From positions 224,318,001-224,382,000 of the forward strand of contig NC_086097.1 of NCBI RefSeq assembly GCF_963921235.1: DNA of 64,000 bases, written 5' to 3'. The translations under genes and the position numbers were made by a program. Shown here piece by piece: positions 36,496-49,341 of this stretch (positions are counted from its first letter, which is position 1; each line of letters opens with the position of its first letter). A model generated the notes under the pieces. That model did not search any database, was not told where the DNA came from, and saw only the letters and a program-made list of their open reading frames with translations. This DNA comes from Mobula hypostoma. Lineage: Eukaryota.

Positions 36496-38575
36496 TGTCA
36501 TGGTTGATCCAATTTTCCTCTCAGCCCCAATCTCCTGCCTTCTCCCTGTATCCCTTCATGCCCTGGTCAATCAAGAATCTATCATTCTCTGCCTTAAATA
36601 TACATAAAGACATGGCCTCCTGTGGCAAAGAATTCCACAAATTCACCACTCTCTGGCTAAAGAAATTCCTCCCTATCTCCGTCCTAAAAGACATCCCTCT
36701 ATTCTGAGATGGAATCCTTTGGTCTTAGATTTTCCCGTCATAGGGAACATCCTCTCCACATCCACTCTGTTAAAGCCTTTTACCATTCGATAGGTTTCAA
36801 TGAAGTTACCCCTCATTCTTGTGGATTCTAGTGAATACAGTCCCAGAGCCATCAAATGCTCTTCATACGACACGCCTTTCAATCCTGGAATCATTTTCAT
36901 GAACCTCCTTTGAACCCTCTCCAGTTTCAGCACATCCTTTCCAAGGGGCCAAAACTGGTCCCAATACACCAAGTGAGGCCTTGCCAGTGCTTTATAAAGT
37001 CTCAACATTAAATGTTTGCATTTATACTCTGGTCCTCTTGAAATGATTGCTGATATTGCATTTGCGTTCCTCACCACTGAATCACCCTGCAAAATAATAG
37101 AGAATCCTGCACAAGGACTCTTAATTCCCTTTTGTATTTTCTCGCTATTTAGAAAACAGTCAACCCATTCATTTCTTCTACTAAATTGCATGACCATACC
37201 ACTTCCTGACATTGTATCCTATGTGCCATTTCTTTGCACATTCTCCTAATCTAAGTTCTCACTGTAGCCTCCCTACTTCCTCAAAATTACCTGTCCCTCC
37301 GGGTATCTCCATATCGTCTATAAATTTTTCAACAAAGCCACCAATTCCATTATCCAAATCATTGACATATAACATAAAAAGAATTGGTCCCAACATGGAT
37401 TCCTGTGGAACATCACTAGTCACTGGCAGCCAACCAGAAGAAGCTCCCTTTATTCCCACTTTTTGCCTCCTGCCAGTCAGCAACTGTTTTTTTTTCCATG
37501 CTAGAATCTTTCTTGCAATATAATGGACTCGTAGCTTGTTAAGCAACCTCATGTGTGGCACCTTTTCAAAGGACTTCTGAAATTCCAAGTGCACAACATC
37601 AACTGATTCTCCTTTATCTATCCTGCTTCTTATTTATTTAAAGAATTCCAACAGATTTGTCAGGCAAGATTTTCCCTGGAAGAAACCATGCTGACTATAG
37701 CCTATTTTATCTTGTGCCTCCAAGTACCCTGAGACCTTATCCTTAATATTCAACTCCAACATCTTCCCAACCACTGAGGTCAGACTGACTGGCTATATAG
37801 TTACCTTTCTTCTGCTTCTCTCCCTTCTTGAAGAGTGGAGTGACGTTTACAATTTTCCAGTCTTCTAGAACCGTTCCAGAATCTGGTGATTCTTGAAAGA
37901 TCATTACTAATGCCTCCACAATTTCTTCAGCCTGGGGTGTTCACCATCTGGTCCAGGTGACTTATCTACTTTGAGATCTTCTGTCTAGTAATGGTAACTT
38001 CACACACTTCAGGAACTTCCAGGATACTGCTAGTGTCTTCCACAGTGAAGACTGATGTAAAATACTTATTCAGTTTGCCTGCCATTTCCTTGTTCCCCAT
38101 TACTACCTCTCCAGCATCGTTTTCCAGTAGTCCGATACCCACTCTTGCCTCTCTTTTACACTTAGTGCATCTGAAGAAACTTTTGGTATTCTCTTTAATA
38201 TTATTGGCTTGCTTACTATTGTATTCCATCTTTACCTTCTTAATGACTTTTTTTTAGTTGTCTTCTGTTGTTTTTAAAAGATTCCCAACTCTCTAACTTC
38301 CCACAGATTTTTGCTCTATTGTATGCTGTCTCTTTGGCTTTTATGTTGGCTTTGGCTTCTATTGTTAGCTATGGTTGTGTCATCTTTACCTTAAAATACT
38401 TCTTCCTCTTTGGAATGTATATATCCTGTGCCTTCCAAATTGCTTCCAGAATTCCAGCTGTTGCTGCTGTGTCGTCATCACTGCTAATGCTTTTTTCCTA
38501 TCAATTCTGGCCAACTCCTCTCTCATGCCTCTGTAATTCCCTTTACTCCACTGTAATACTGATACATCTGACCTC
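36496..38575 (-). mobile_element. Degenerate CR1 LINE
   Basis: ORFs 36673-37212, 37259-37594 (FQKSFEKVPH..VPQES.LGP..KFIDD) and 37966-38229. Confidence 0.85.
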
Positions 38576-39192
38576 TGATTCTCCTGAAAGAACAGAGAAG
38601 ATTAGGAAAGCAGCAGGGATTGATGAAACAATGAGAGTATTCAGAGACAATACAGGAAGGATGGCCAGCAACTAAGGATGACTGTCCAATGTGTGTTCGG
38701 CAAGCAGAGCTCACCTGTCAGTAGTGGAAGATACGATCTTCAAAGGGAACAGGTTTATGATTCCAGAGTCGCTGCGTAAGGAAATGCTCAGAAGACATAC
38801 AAAAGGCATCTTGGTGAGGAAAATTTTAAATATAGAGCTCAGGAAATGACGTATTCTCCAAGAAATTTACAGAGTTCTGTAAATTAAAATATTCTAGCAT
38901 TAAAGCCACGCTAAGTTTGTCTTGATTAAGTAAAAACATACCACCAAGGTTTGAGGCCCAAGGGTTGAATCGGAAGTCCGAAAGTCGAGGCCCACTGGCC
39001 AGAGCTAAGTCTCTGAATCTCTGCGGGTTCATTGAAACTCAAAGTCTGCAGGCCCAAGTCTGAGTCTGCTGGAGGCTGGAGGCTGAAGAAGATGTCAGTT
39101 CCTGGTATTAAAGAACTGTGTTGGTTGATAATGCAAATGACACATTTCACTGCATGTTTTGATTTACATATGATAAATGAACGAATCTTGAA

Positions 39193-39429
39193 CACGAGGA
39201 ATTCTGCAGATGCTGGAAATTCAAGCAACACACATCAAAGTTGCTGGTGAACGTAGCAGGCCAGGCAGCATCTCTAGGAAGAGGTACAGTTGACGTTTCA
39301 GGTCGAGACTCTTCGTCAGGACTACAGCAGTCCTGACGAAGTGTCTCGGCTTGAAACGTCGACTGTACCTCTTCCTAGAGATGCTGTCTGGCCTGCTGCA
39401 TTCACCAGCAACTTTGATGTGTGTTGCTT
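39193..39429. mobile_element. Palindromic Penelope-like insert (inverted terminal repeats, 5-nt spacer)
   Basis: ~105-bp arms centred on GTCAGGACT-ACAGC-AGTCCTGAC; flanking repeat GAATCTTGAA. Confidence 0.75.
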
Positions 39430-40172
39430 GAATCTTGAATCCTGAAGCTTAATTAAGTAGCCATTGGTCTGTTTGCATCACATCAGCCTCTCCTGGGACT
39501 GTACAAATGTATAGACCCTTCACACTCCTTCAAAAGGTTTTACATGGTGATGAAGGATTTGGTGGACCATAGATAGCATTGAGTATTGTGAGGGCAATGA
39601 TCAGTAAGATGGTGCTGAGGGTGTAGGAGGAAGTTGTTATCTATCTAAACAGTGATCAGGATGAAGATGAAGATGATGATTATGATGATACTGATACTCA
39701 AAGAATGATGATGAAGCTGGTAATGCTGATCCTTGCACAAAAGTGTGAGGCACATATATATAGCTAGGGTGACTAAGACTTTTGCACAGGATTGTATTTG
39801 TCAACATGGAGTGGAAAGCAAGATTGTAAATCTGGTGGGAGCAAAGGATGTTCTGAATGGTGCATTGGAGAACTGCGGGAGAAGTAGGTGGCAGAGAAAG
39901 GGTGCCGGGGTGGGTGCAGACACACCCAGCTCTGAGACACCAGGCAAGGTCATTTGATTCCAAACAATTGGTTTATTGATCATTACAGAATGTCTCTCTG
40001 CTGCTTCCTGCTCCCTCCCCTCTCCCATCCCCTTGTCCCAACCATGATCCCCTCTCCTTGCCACCTCCCACTCTCAGTCCACAATATCAGAATCAGATTT
40101 TTCATCACTCACATAGTTCATGAAATTTGTTTTTTTTTGTGGCACCTTACAGTGCAATACATAAAATTACTA

Positions 40173-40239
40173 CAGTACTGTACAAAATTCTTAGGCACTC
40201 TAGCAATATACCTGTGCCTAAGACTTTTGCATAGTACTG
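40173..40239. mobile_element. 67-bp Tc1-type MITE
   Basis: TIRs CAGTACTGTACAAAATTCTTAGGCAC / GTGCCTAAGACTTTTGCATAGTACTG with TA TSD; same TIR as 16330; degenerate copy at ~39730-39797. Confidence 0.75.
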
Positions 40240-40331
40240 TATAGCTGGCATCCCTCTATTTCTCTGCTTCACACTCCTATTACTATCTCACTCATATGCT
40301 GAGATATTTTGACTTTATTTTTTGTTTTATT

Positions 40332-41857
40332 TAGAAACCATAGAAACCATAGAAACTACTGCACAGAAACAGGTCCTTTGGCCCTTCTTGGCTGTGCCGA
40401 ATCATTTTCTGCCTAGTCCCACTGACCTGCACACGGACCTTATCCCTCTATACACCTCCCATCCATGTATCTGTCCAATTTATTCTTAAATGTTAAAAAG
40501 AACCCGCATTTACCACCTCGTCTAGCAGCTCATTCCATACTCCCACCACTCTCTGTGTGAAGAAGCCCCCCCTAATGTTCCCTTTAAACTTTTCCCCCCT
40601 CACCCTTAACCCATGTCCTCTGGTTTTTTTCTCCCCTTGCCTCAGTGGAAAAAGCCTGCTTGCATTCACTCTATCTATACCCATCATAATTTTATATACC
40701 TCTATCAAATCTCCCCTCATTCTTCTACGCTCCAGTGAATAAAGTCCTAACCTATTCAACCTTTCTCTGTAACTGAGTTTCTCAAGTCCCGGCAACATCC
40801 TTGTAAACCTTCTCTGCACTCTTTCAACCTTATTTATATCCTTCCTGTAATTTGGTGACCAAAACTGAACACAATACTCCAGATTCGGCCTCACCAATAC
40901 CTTATACAACCTCATCATAACATTCCAGCTCTTATACTCAATACTTCGATTAATAAAGGCCAATGTACCAAAAGCTCTCTTTATGACCCTATCTACCTGT
41001 GATGACACTTTTAGGGAATTTTGTATCTGTATTCCCAGATCCCTCTGTTCCACTGGACTCCTCAGTGCCTTACCATTAACCCTGTATGTTCTACGTTTGT
41101 TTGTCCTTCCAACGTGCAATACCTCACACTTGTCAGTATTAAACTCCATCTGCCATTTTTCAGCCCATTTTTCCAGCTGGTCCAAGCTCCTCTGCAGGCT
41201 CTGAAAACCTTCCTCACTGTCTACTACACCTCCAATCTTTGTATCATCAGCAAACTTGCTGATCCAATTTACCACATTATCATCCAGATCATTGATATAG
41301 ATGACAAATAACAATGGACCCAGCACTGATCCCTGTGGTACACCACTAGTCACAGGCCTCCACTCAGAGAAGCAATTCTCTACCACCACTCTCTGGCTTC
41401 TTCCATCGAGCCAATGTCCAATCCAATTTACCACTTCTCCATGTATACCTAGCGACTGAATTTTCCTAACTAACCTCCCATGCGGGACCTTGTCAAAGGC
41501 CTTACTGAAGTCCATGTAGACAATATCCACTGCCTTCCCTTCATCCACTTTCCTGGTAACCTCCTCGAAAAACTCCAACAGATTGGTCAAACATGACCTA
41601 CCACACACAAAGCCATGTTGACTCTCCCTAATAAGCCCCTGTCTATCCAAATGCTTGTAGATTCTGTCTCTTAGTACTCCCTCCAATAACTTACCTACTA
41701 CTGACGTTAAACTCACCGGCCTATAATTTCCCGGATTACTTTTCGATCCTTTTTTAAACAACAGAACAACATGAGCCACTCTCCAATCCTCCGGCACTTC
41801 ACCCGTAGACAGCGACATTTTAAATATTTCTGCCAGGGCCCCCACAATTTCAACACA
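40332..41857 (-). mobile_element. Young 5'-truncated CR1 with an open 450-aa RT ORF (40493-41845)
   Basis: PGNYRPVSLTS, YMDFSKAFDKVPH, GVPQGSVLGP, KFADDTK; (TTTCTATGG)n tail. Confidence 0.92.
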
Positions 41858-41864
41858 ATTTCAC

Positions 41865-42090
41865 TTAGATGTATAGCATAGTAACGAGCCCTTCCGCACA
41901 ACGAGTCTGAACCAAACCAATTTCACTCATGTGACCAATTAACCTACTAATCTATAGGACTTTGAAATGTGGGAGGAAACCAAAGCACCCAGAGAAAAAC
42001 TTGGGTGCCACAGGTAGAATGTACAAACTCGTTATAGACAGCAGTGGGAATTGAACCCAGATCACCAACGTTGTAGTCGCATTACGCTAT
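41865..42090 (-). mobile_element. V-SINE (HE1-like)
   Basis: GGGTTCAATTCCC box B; GGTTTCCTCCCACATTTCAAAG core. Confidence 0.65.
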
Positions 42091-42178
42091 TGTTCTGCCT
42101 GAATTGGTATCTGGATGGAGAGGATGAAGTCATAAAAAACCAGGAGAATAGGGAATCGATGATAGCCTAGCCATTCTA

Positions 42179-42499
42179 AAGTAAAGTAAAGGCATCTGTT
42201 AGTCTTGCAAGACCATGGATCTGCGCCTGGAAAGTCTTCACTCTCCAGGGTGCAGGCCTGGGCAAGATTGTATGGAAGACCAGCAGTTGCCCATGCTGCA
42301 AGTCTCCCCTCTTCACGACACCAATGTTGTCCAAGGGAAGGGCATTAGGACCCATACAGCTTGGCACCAGTGTCGTCGCAGAGCAATGTGTGATTAAGTG
42401 CCTTGCTCAAGGACACAACACGTTGCCTCGGCTGGGGCATGAACTCACAACCTTCAGGTCGCTAGTCCAATGCCTTAACCACTTGGCCACGTGCCCACA
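42179..42499 (-). mobile_element. tRNA-derived SINE, full length
   Basis: 13-bp TSD CCTAGCCATTCTA (42166-42178, 42500-42512); box A TGGCCAAGTGG; (TTTAC)n tail. Confidence 0.88.
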
Positions 42500-42552
42500 C
42501 CTAGCCATTCTATTTAAAGGTAATATTATCCTCAGAGATAAGGATATCTATA

Positions 42553-42792
42553 AGCAGCACAGTGGTGCAATGGTTAGCACAACGCTTTACAGTACTGACG
42601 ACCTGAGTTCAATTCCTGCTGCTGCTTGTGAGGAGTTTGTACATTTTCTCCATGACTGTGTGTGTTTCTTGCCACATTCTATAGACATCCCAGCTGGTCA
42701 ATTAATTGGTCATTGTGAATTGTCCTGTGATTAGGCTAGAATTAAATCAGGGGATTGCTGGTTGGTGCGGCTCAAAGGGCTAGAAAGGCCTA
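42553..42792 (+). mobile_element. V-SINE (HE1-like)
   Basis: GGTGCAATGGTTAGCAC box A, GAGTTCAATTCC box B, GGAGTTTGTACAT core. Confidence 0.65.
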
Positions 42793-44420
42793 TATAAGAT
42801 AAAAAAGAAGGCATCACTTCACTCTGTGTGGCACGCTCTGATGGAGATCTGGCTATGTATCTCCCTAGCTGTTTGATGTGCTAGTTTTATTGCTCTTACA
42901 CTGAGCACCTGTTTCTAAGCATCTGGGCTGCCATATCATGACCAGAGTTTTCCAAAGAATACATCTGTGCAGGGCACATCAAATAGCCACAATTCAAGAC
43001 TTCTGTTCAGAAGCACGAAAAGGTGGTGCTCCATATAAATCAGAGTAGTTGATCTTTTAGATATTTGACTGTAAATCTTTCTAACACTCCACTGTCTTGC
43101 CCAAGTGCTTAGAGTTCTTTCTGAACATTTTCATGTAACAACTTTATACATATGTTTGGCGACAATAAAGTATAAAGTATAAAGCATGTGTGCTACCTCC
43201 ATGCAGAATTTCTTACAGATATTGGGCAACACTGGCAAGGCCAAGTCTTACAATCCTTGAGAAAACAGTGGTCAGATATGTTCTTTGTCTCACTACAGTT
43301 ATGTGGTGAATTGCATTTATGCCAAAGCTCCAGGATTTAGGCTTTGTGATGAAGAAGGACAAGTGATATACTTGGATGGAACCAGAATGGAAGCTAATGG
43401 TCTCCCCGTCCACTCTTTTTGTGAGTAGAGGTTTCAGGTTAGGGAGGATGTCAAAGAAGTTTTAGGGAGTTACCTCAGTGCAAGATGCAGATACTAAATA
43501 CATGAATTGCAGGGGGTGCTGGCCAATAGAAAGAGTGCTTAGTGTGGTGAATAGGGCTATGATCATGCTTTGGCCTGAATGGTGTCAGACTTCTTGAGAG
43601 TTGCCAGAGAGTTGAGAAGCCAGTTCTACTTAATAATGTAATGGTTTTGGTGTGTCATGAGGGGACACATCTCCAGCTGTTGCAGCTACAGTATCTCTGC
43701 AGTGTAATAAAACGCCGGATGGATAGCATGCTACAGACATAACAAAGTGATCTCACCACAGCTATCAAATCAAAGTTCCACATTACTCAACACTGAGTTG
43801 TGAATGATGCCAGACATTTAAGTAGCTAGCAAGAGCAGAAGTGTCCAAGAACATCACCATCCTTAATCATGGTACAACTCAGCATGTGAGTGCTAAAAAC
43901 AAGGCTGAAGCATTTGGACTTAGTTCAGATGGAGGTGGGGGCACATTATGGTTTTTTATGGTCGCTTATCCTCTGTGGTCTATTTTTGAGGTTCAGGCAT
44001 TAAAGTTAATTAACAAATCTGTTTTGATCCTTGCATCAACATTCTAACTTGCATTGGCAGCAAAAGGAACGTCAACTGAACTAATTTATTCCCTGACACA
44101 TGCAGGTGATGACTAATCAATTATTTTCATTTATATAATCACAGTATGCTATAATTTAAAATCACAGCTTTCACTTTCGAGTCATAGAGTCTTGGAGCAC
44201 TACAGTACAGAAACAGGCCCTGTGGTGATATCACGTGCAATGTTGTGCCAGAACATGATTGGACAGGGCACTGAGCATGCGTGGGATTGCCAGAATGTTC
44301 CAGCACATGGCTAGGTTAAGACGTGTTTGTTTATTACTGTAAATAAAAGTTCTCTAATTCTTCCAGAATATGATTCTTTACTGTTAACCCACAGTATATT
44401 TAAACAGAAGTAACATAACA

Positions 44421-44435
44421 TGGTGTCGGAAGTGG
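44421..44435 (+). promoter_or_regulatory. Primer-binding site, tRNA-Leu type
   Basis: TGGTGTCGGAAGTGG immediately after the LTR; 1 mismatch to TGGTGTCAGAAGTGG. Confidence 0.75.
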
Positions 44436-47086
44436 TTCTGGAAGAATAATACGGGAGAATCGAGAATCGAGAATCAAAGGTAACCTAAGAAAAAGAGAAG
44501 AAGAAGAAAGTTCAAACTGTAAACGGTAAAATGGAAGGTTTACAACCCCCACCAAAACTTCAGCTGACTGGCAATGTAGCTGAGAATTGGAGGATATTCA
44601 AGCAACAGTTTGAACTGTACTTATCAGTGATCGATTATGAAGAAAAATTGGAAAAAACAAAAGCTGCGCTTTTGCTCCATGTAACCAGGAATGACACAGT
44701 AGAGGTATATAATAACTTTGTCCTTGAAGATGGAGATAATTTCAATCTAAAGTCGATAATGGACAGATTTGAAATATTTCGTATACCTAAGCATAATTTA
44801 ACGTATGAGCGATATAAATTCTTCACATCTGTGCAGAGAGCCACTGAAACAATTGATCAGTATGTTACTGAGTTAAGAAAGCATAGTAGAACATGTGAGT
44901 TTGGATTGCTCACGGACTGTCTCATTAAAGATAGACTTGTTTGTGGCATTCGAGATAATGCTCTAAGAGAATGGCTGTTGAGAGAGCAAGATTTAAATTT
45001 TGAAAAAGCTTTGGCGCTTTGCAAAGCTTCTGAGACCGTGACATTGCAGGCTGAAGAGCTTTTTGTCGAAAGCTGCAATGTGAGTGCTGTAAAAAAGCGC
45101 AAATACGTCAAGAAATATAATAATACGTCTACAAAACCAACAGAGAGCAAGATGGCATTGGAAAGAAAAAAGTCATGTGATTGCTGTGCGCAGGAACAGC
45201 GTCCAAATCAGTGTCCCATATATGGCAAAATTTGCAATGGCTGCGGTAAGATTAATAATTTTTCACGCTGTTGTAAAAGTAGAAAGAAGAAAAATAAAAT
45301 GAAACAAGTAAATGCTGTACTTGAAGATGAACATGAGGAATTTTATATAGATGTGCTTTGTGAAGATAAACAAAGTAAGAATGACTGGACTATTCCATTG
45401 CAAGTGAATCAAAACAATATTCTGTTTAAACAATACTGGAGCGCAAGTAAATGTTCTTGCAGGAATCTGAGTTTAATGCTTTAAAGCCAAGACCGAAGTT
45501 ACATCAGACAAATATAAAAGTGACTGGGTATTCAGGTGCAGACATTCCAGTTGAAGGAACATGCATGGCAAAAGTATCACACAATGATATTGTGCATAAG
45601 CTTTCATTTGTGGTCGTGCCGAAAATGTACAGTCAATTCTGGGTTTATCTGCTTGTGAAAGACTTAATTTAGTGAAAAGAATTTTAGTCCTGGATAGCGA
45701 TACAGAGTCAGAATATAGTGACTTGATGAAAGAGTATGAAGACTTGTTTAAAGGGCTTGGTTGTCTTCCAGGAGAGCACTCGATTAAAATTGACAATACA
45801 GTGCAACCCGTAATACATCTCTGTAGAAAAGTGCCTTTTGCATTACGTCATCAGCTGAAAACAGAGCTAGACAGAATGGAAAGGGTAGGAGTCAGAAAAA
45901 AAAATTGATGAACCAACTGAATGGGTCAATTTTCTTGTCATTGTTGATAAGAAAAATGGAAAACTGAGGATTTGTTTAGATCCAAGAGACTTGAATCGGG
46001 CCATTAAAAGAGAGCATTTCAAATTGCCTACTCGTGAAGAAATTATGTCACAGTTTGCTGATGCAAAGTATTTTAGTAAATTAGATGCATCCTCCGGATT
46101 CTGGCAACTCAAATTAGATGAACCGAGTTCAAAATTATGTACCTTTAACACTCCTTTTGCCAGATACCATTTTCTTAGGCTCCCTTTTGGAATTGCATCA
46201 GCTCCTGAAGTGTACCATAAGACCATTCACATGTTATATGAGCACATTGAGGGCGCAGGTACATCCATGGATGATATTATTATTTGGGGATCGACTAAAC
46301 AAGAGCATGCCGCCAGGCTCATGCAAGAATTTGAGGCTAACCTGAAATTGAATAAAGACAAATGTCAGCTAGGAGTGACTGAACTTATATTTGTGGGTGA
46401 TATCATCAGCAAAGAGGGTGTGCGTCCTGATCCATTGAAAGTTTCTGCTATTGAGAACATGCCAAGACTGCAATATTTAAAGGATGTTCAGAGGTTTATG
46501 AGAATGGTTAACTATATGGGAAAATTTACACCCAATCTCTCGGAACAGCTTGCTCCATTGAGGTATCTAACGGAAAAGAGAAAATGAATGGAGCTGGAAC
46601 CATGAACAGAAGAAGGCATGGCAAAATCTCAAGAAAGTACACATAAAAGAACCTGTGTTGAAATTTTATGATACTGAGAGACCCATCAAAATCTTATGTG
46701 ATGCATCTCAAGCAGGCTTAGGGACAGTATTACTCCAGAAACATGATCAGGAATGGCTACCAGTGACATCTGCACCTCGTTCATTATCTGATCCAGAAAC
46801 AAGGTATGCCCAAGTTGATAAAGAATTGCTCAGCATTATGTTTGCTTGTGAGAGATTTCATCAGTTTGTGTCAGGGCAACCTATTGATGTTGAAACCGAT
46901 CATAAGCCATTGATTGCATTGTTTAACAAATCTTTAAGCGACTGTCCTTTGCGAATTCAGTGAATGATGATCAAATTGCAAAGATATGCGTTGAATGTGT
47001 CATACACACCTGGAAAATTCATGTACACGGCTGTCACACTTTCCAGAGCTGTGGATCCAACAACAAAAGACAGTCACAAGAACGTT

Positions 47087-47295
47087 GGTGAATGCAGCAG
47101 GCCAGGCAGCATCTCTAGGAGGAGGTACAGTCGACATTTCAAGCCAAGACCCTTCGTCAGGACTAACAGGACGAAGGGTCTCGGCCTGAAACGTCGACTG
47201 TACCTCCTCCTAGAGATGCTGCCTGGCCTGCTGCGTTCAACAGCAACTTTGATGTGTGTTGTTTGAATTTCCAGCATCTGCAGAATTCCTGTTGT
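47087..47295. mobile_element. Palindromic Penelope-like insert inside Gypsy pol
   Basis: 13-bp TSD TCACAAGAACGTT (47074-47086, 47296-47308); inverted arms. Confidence 0.85.
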
Positions 47296-48045
47296 TCACA
47301 AGAACGTTATTGATGTTCAGGTATTTATTGATATGGTCATATAAACTGTACCTATTGCTCCCAAAAAGTTGGAACTGCTGCATCTTCAGACAGAGAAGGA
47401 CAAAATTCTCAATCAGGTAATACAAGTGGTGTTGGATGGATGGCCAGATAATAGGCATGACTGTACCTCAGTAGTACAAGATTACTGGAATCACAGATCA
47501 GAACTGTCTGCTGTGGATGAAATATTGTACAAAGGTAGTAGAATTGTTATACCTAAAAGTCTTCATAAAGAAATGCTTGATAAAATTCATGAAGGCCACC
47601 TAGGCATTGAAAAATGTAAGAGAAGGGCATGAGAAGTGATATTTTGGCCCAGGATGAATCAAGAGATTGCAGGATTGGTGTCTTCTTGTCAAATATGTCT
47701 TAAATACTAACCTAGCAACCCTAAGGAGCCACTGCATCCACACCCAAATCCTCAGAGGCCTTATCAGAAGGTAGGCGTTGATCTTTTTATAACTAAGAAC
47801 AAAGACTATCTACTAATAACAGATTACTACTCATTGTATCCTGAAGTGTGTTGTCTGGGCAGAATCACTGCAGAAAATGTAATTACATACATGAAATCGG
47901 TTTTTTCAAGACATGGTGTACCTGATGAAGTTTTCACAGACAGTGGTCCACAATTCAGTAGTGAATGCATGAAATATTTTGGTCATGAATGGGGCTTTGT
48001 TCGTACAACATCTAGTCCATTTTTCCCTCAGTCTAATAGATTAGT

Positions 48046-48522
48046 TTATTTTTAGATTATGAGGACATTCACTCCTCGTTTATTGTCATTTAGTAATGCA
48101 TACATTAAGAAATGATACAATGTACCTCCAGTATGATATCATAGAAACACAAGACAGACCAAGACTAAATCTGACTAAAACCATATAGTTATAACATATA
48201 GTTGCAACAGTGCAAAGCAATACCATAATTTGATAAAGAGCAGACCATGGGCATGGTAAAAAAAAGTCTCAAAGTCCTGATAGTCCCATCATTTCACACA
48301 GATGGTAGAAGGAAGTAAAACTCTCCCTGCCATGAACCTCCAGCGCCGCAAACTTGCCAATGCAGCACCCTGGAAGCACCCGACCACAGCCGACTCTGAG
48401 TCTGTCTGAAAACTTCAAGCCTCCGACCAGCCCTCCGACACAGAGCACCGAGCATCATCTCTGCCGAGCGCTTCAACCCCGGCCCTGGCCGCCAAGCAAC
48501 AGGCAAAGCCGAGGATTCGGGG
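48046..48522 (-). mobile_element. 5'-truncated copy of the 33903-34580 retroposon inside Gypsy integrase
   Basis: Homology to 34130-34580; (TAATC)-like tail. Confidence 0.75.
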
Positions 48523-49341
48523 CCAGTTGAGAAATTGTCAAGAAACTGATGCACAAAGCAAAAGATAGTGGAAGTGATTTTTATAAAGCCTTGTTAGCCT
48601 ACCACAGTACTCCACTTGAATGTGAATTTTCGCCTGCTCAGCTCTTGATGGGACAACGTTTGAGATCTAATCTGCCAATGGATGAGAGCCTTCTGAAAAC
48701 AGAGGACGGTGAAGAAGTGAAAAGGTGGAAAGATGAACACAAAGCAAAGCAGAAAATATACTTTGATAGACGTTCTTGTCCATTACCTGAACTGCATCAG
48801 GGAGACGAAGTGAGGATACAAGACAAAATGAACACATGGACACAGAAAGCTACAGTACTTGAAGAAGTAGAACCCAGATCATAAATGGTCCAAGCAGAGG
48901 AGGGAGCAGTGATAAGAAGAAATCACAAAGACCTGAAGAAAGAGCCAACTTCAGAGATTCAGTTAACTGATGCAGACGAGACAAAACATGTAAATAATAA
49001 CAAGGAAACACAAGATCTGTGTGTACCACTTAGAAGGTCTACTCATGTTCGTAAACCCACAGAGAGACTGATAGAAACTTGTTGAATTATGTACTTGCTT
49101 TGATTAACGTTGTTAATTGTTTTTCTTTTTAAGGAAAGGAAGATGTGGTGATATCACGTGCAATGATATGCCAGTACATGATCAGACAGAGCACTGAGCA
49201 AGCGGGATTGACAGAATGTTCCAGCACGTGGCTGGGTTAAGACGTGTTTGTTTATTACTGTAAATACAAGTTCTCTAATTCTTCCAGAATATGATTCTTT
49301 AGTGTTAACCCATGTTACATTTAAACAGAAGTAACATAACA

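Larger units (their letters stand above)
34790..38830 (+). pseudogene. Heavily decayed Gypsy gag-pol remnant in three pieces (~34790-34895, 35820-36495, 38575-38830)
   Basis: QFTGNLTDNWKCF gag motif; ADASRFSLGAVLLQ, VAYASRALT, FEVETDHNP, YTLGKYMFATDTLSRA; split by Rex and CR1 inserts. Confidence 0.7.
44531..49085 (+). pseudogene. Gypsy gag-pol, disrupted
   Basis: gag 44531-45484 (LTGNVAENW, IKDRLVCGI, Cys knuckles); RT (KLDASSGFWQ, LPFG, SMDD); RNase H (CDAS, ETDHKPL); integrase (HEGHLGIEKC, TDSGPQF). Confidence 0.9.
44221..49341 (+). mobile_element. Full-length Ty3/Gypsy LTR retrotransposon (Mag/SURL-like), decayed
   Basis: LTRs 44221-44420 and 49144-49341 (~90% identical); TSD GGCCC/GGCCT; PBS 44421-44435; PPT AAGGAAAGGAAGA 49131-49143; inserted in a CR1 tail. 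Confidence 0.93.

Noticed and set aside
39660..39720. (GAT)n-rich acidic-looking stretch
   Set aside because: Degenerate trinucleotide microsatellite with no splice or ORF support
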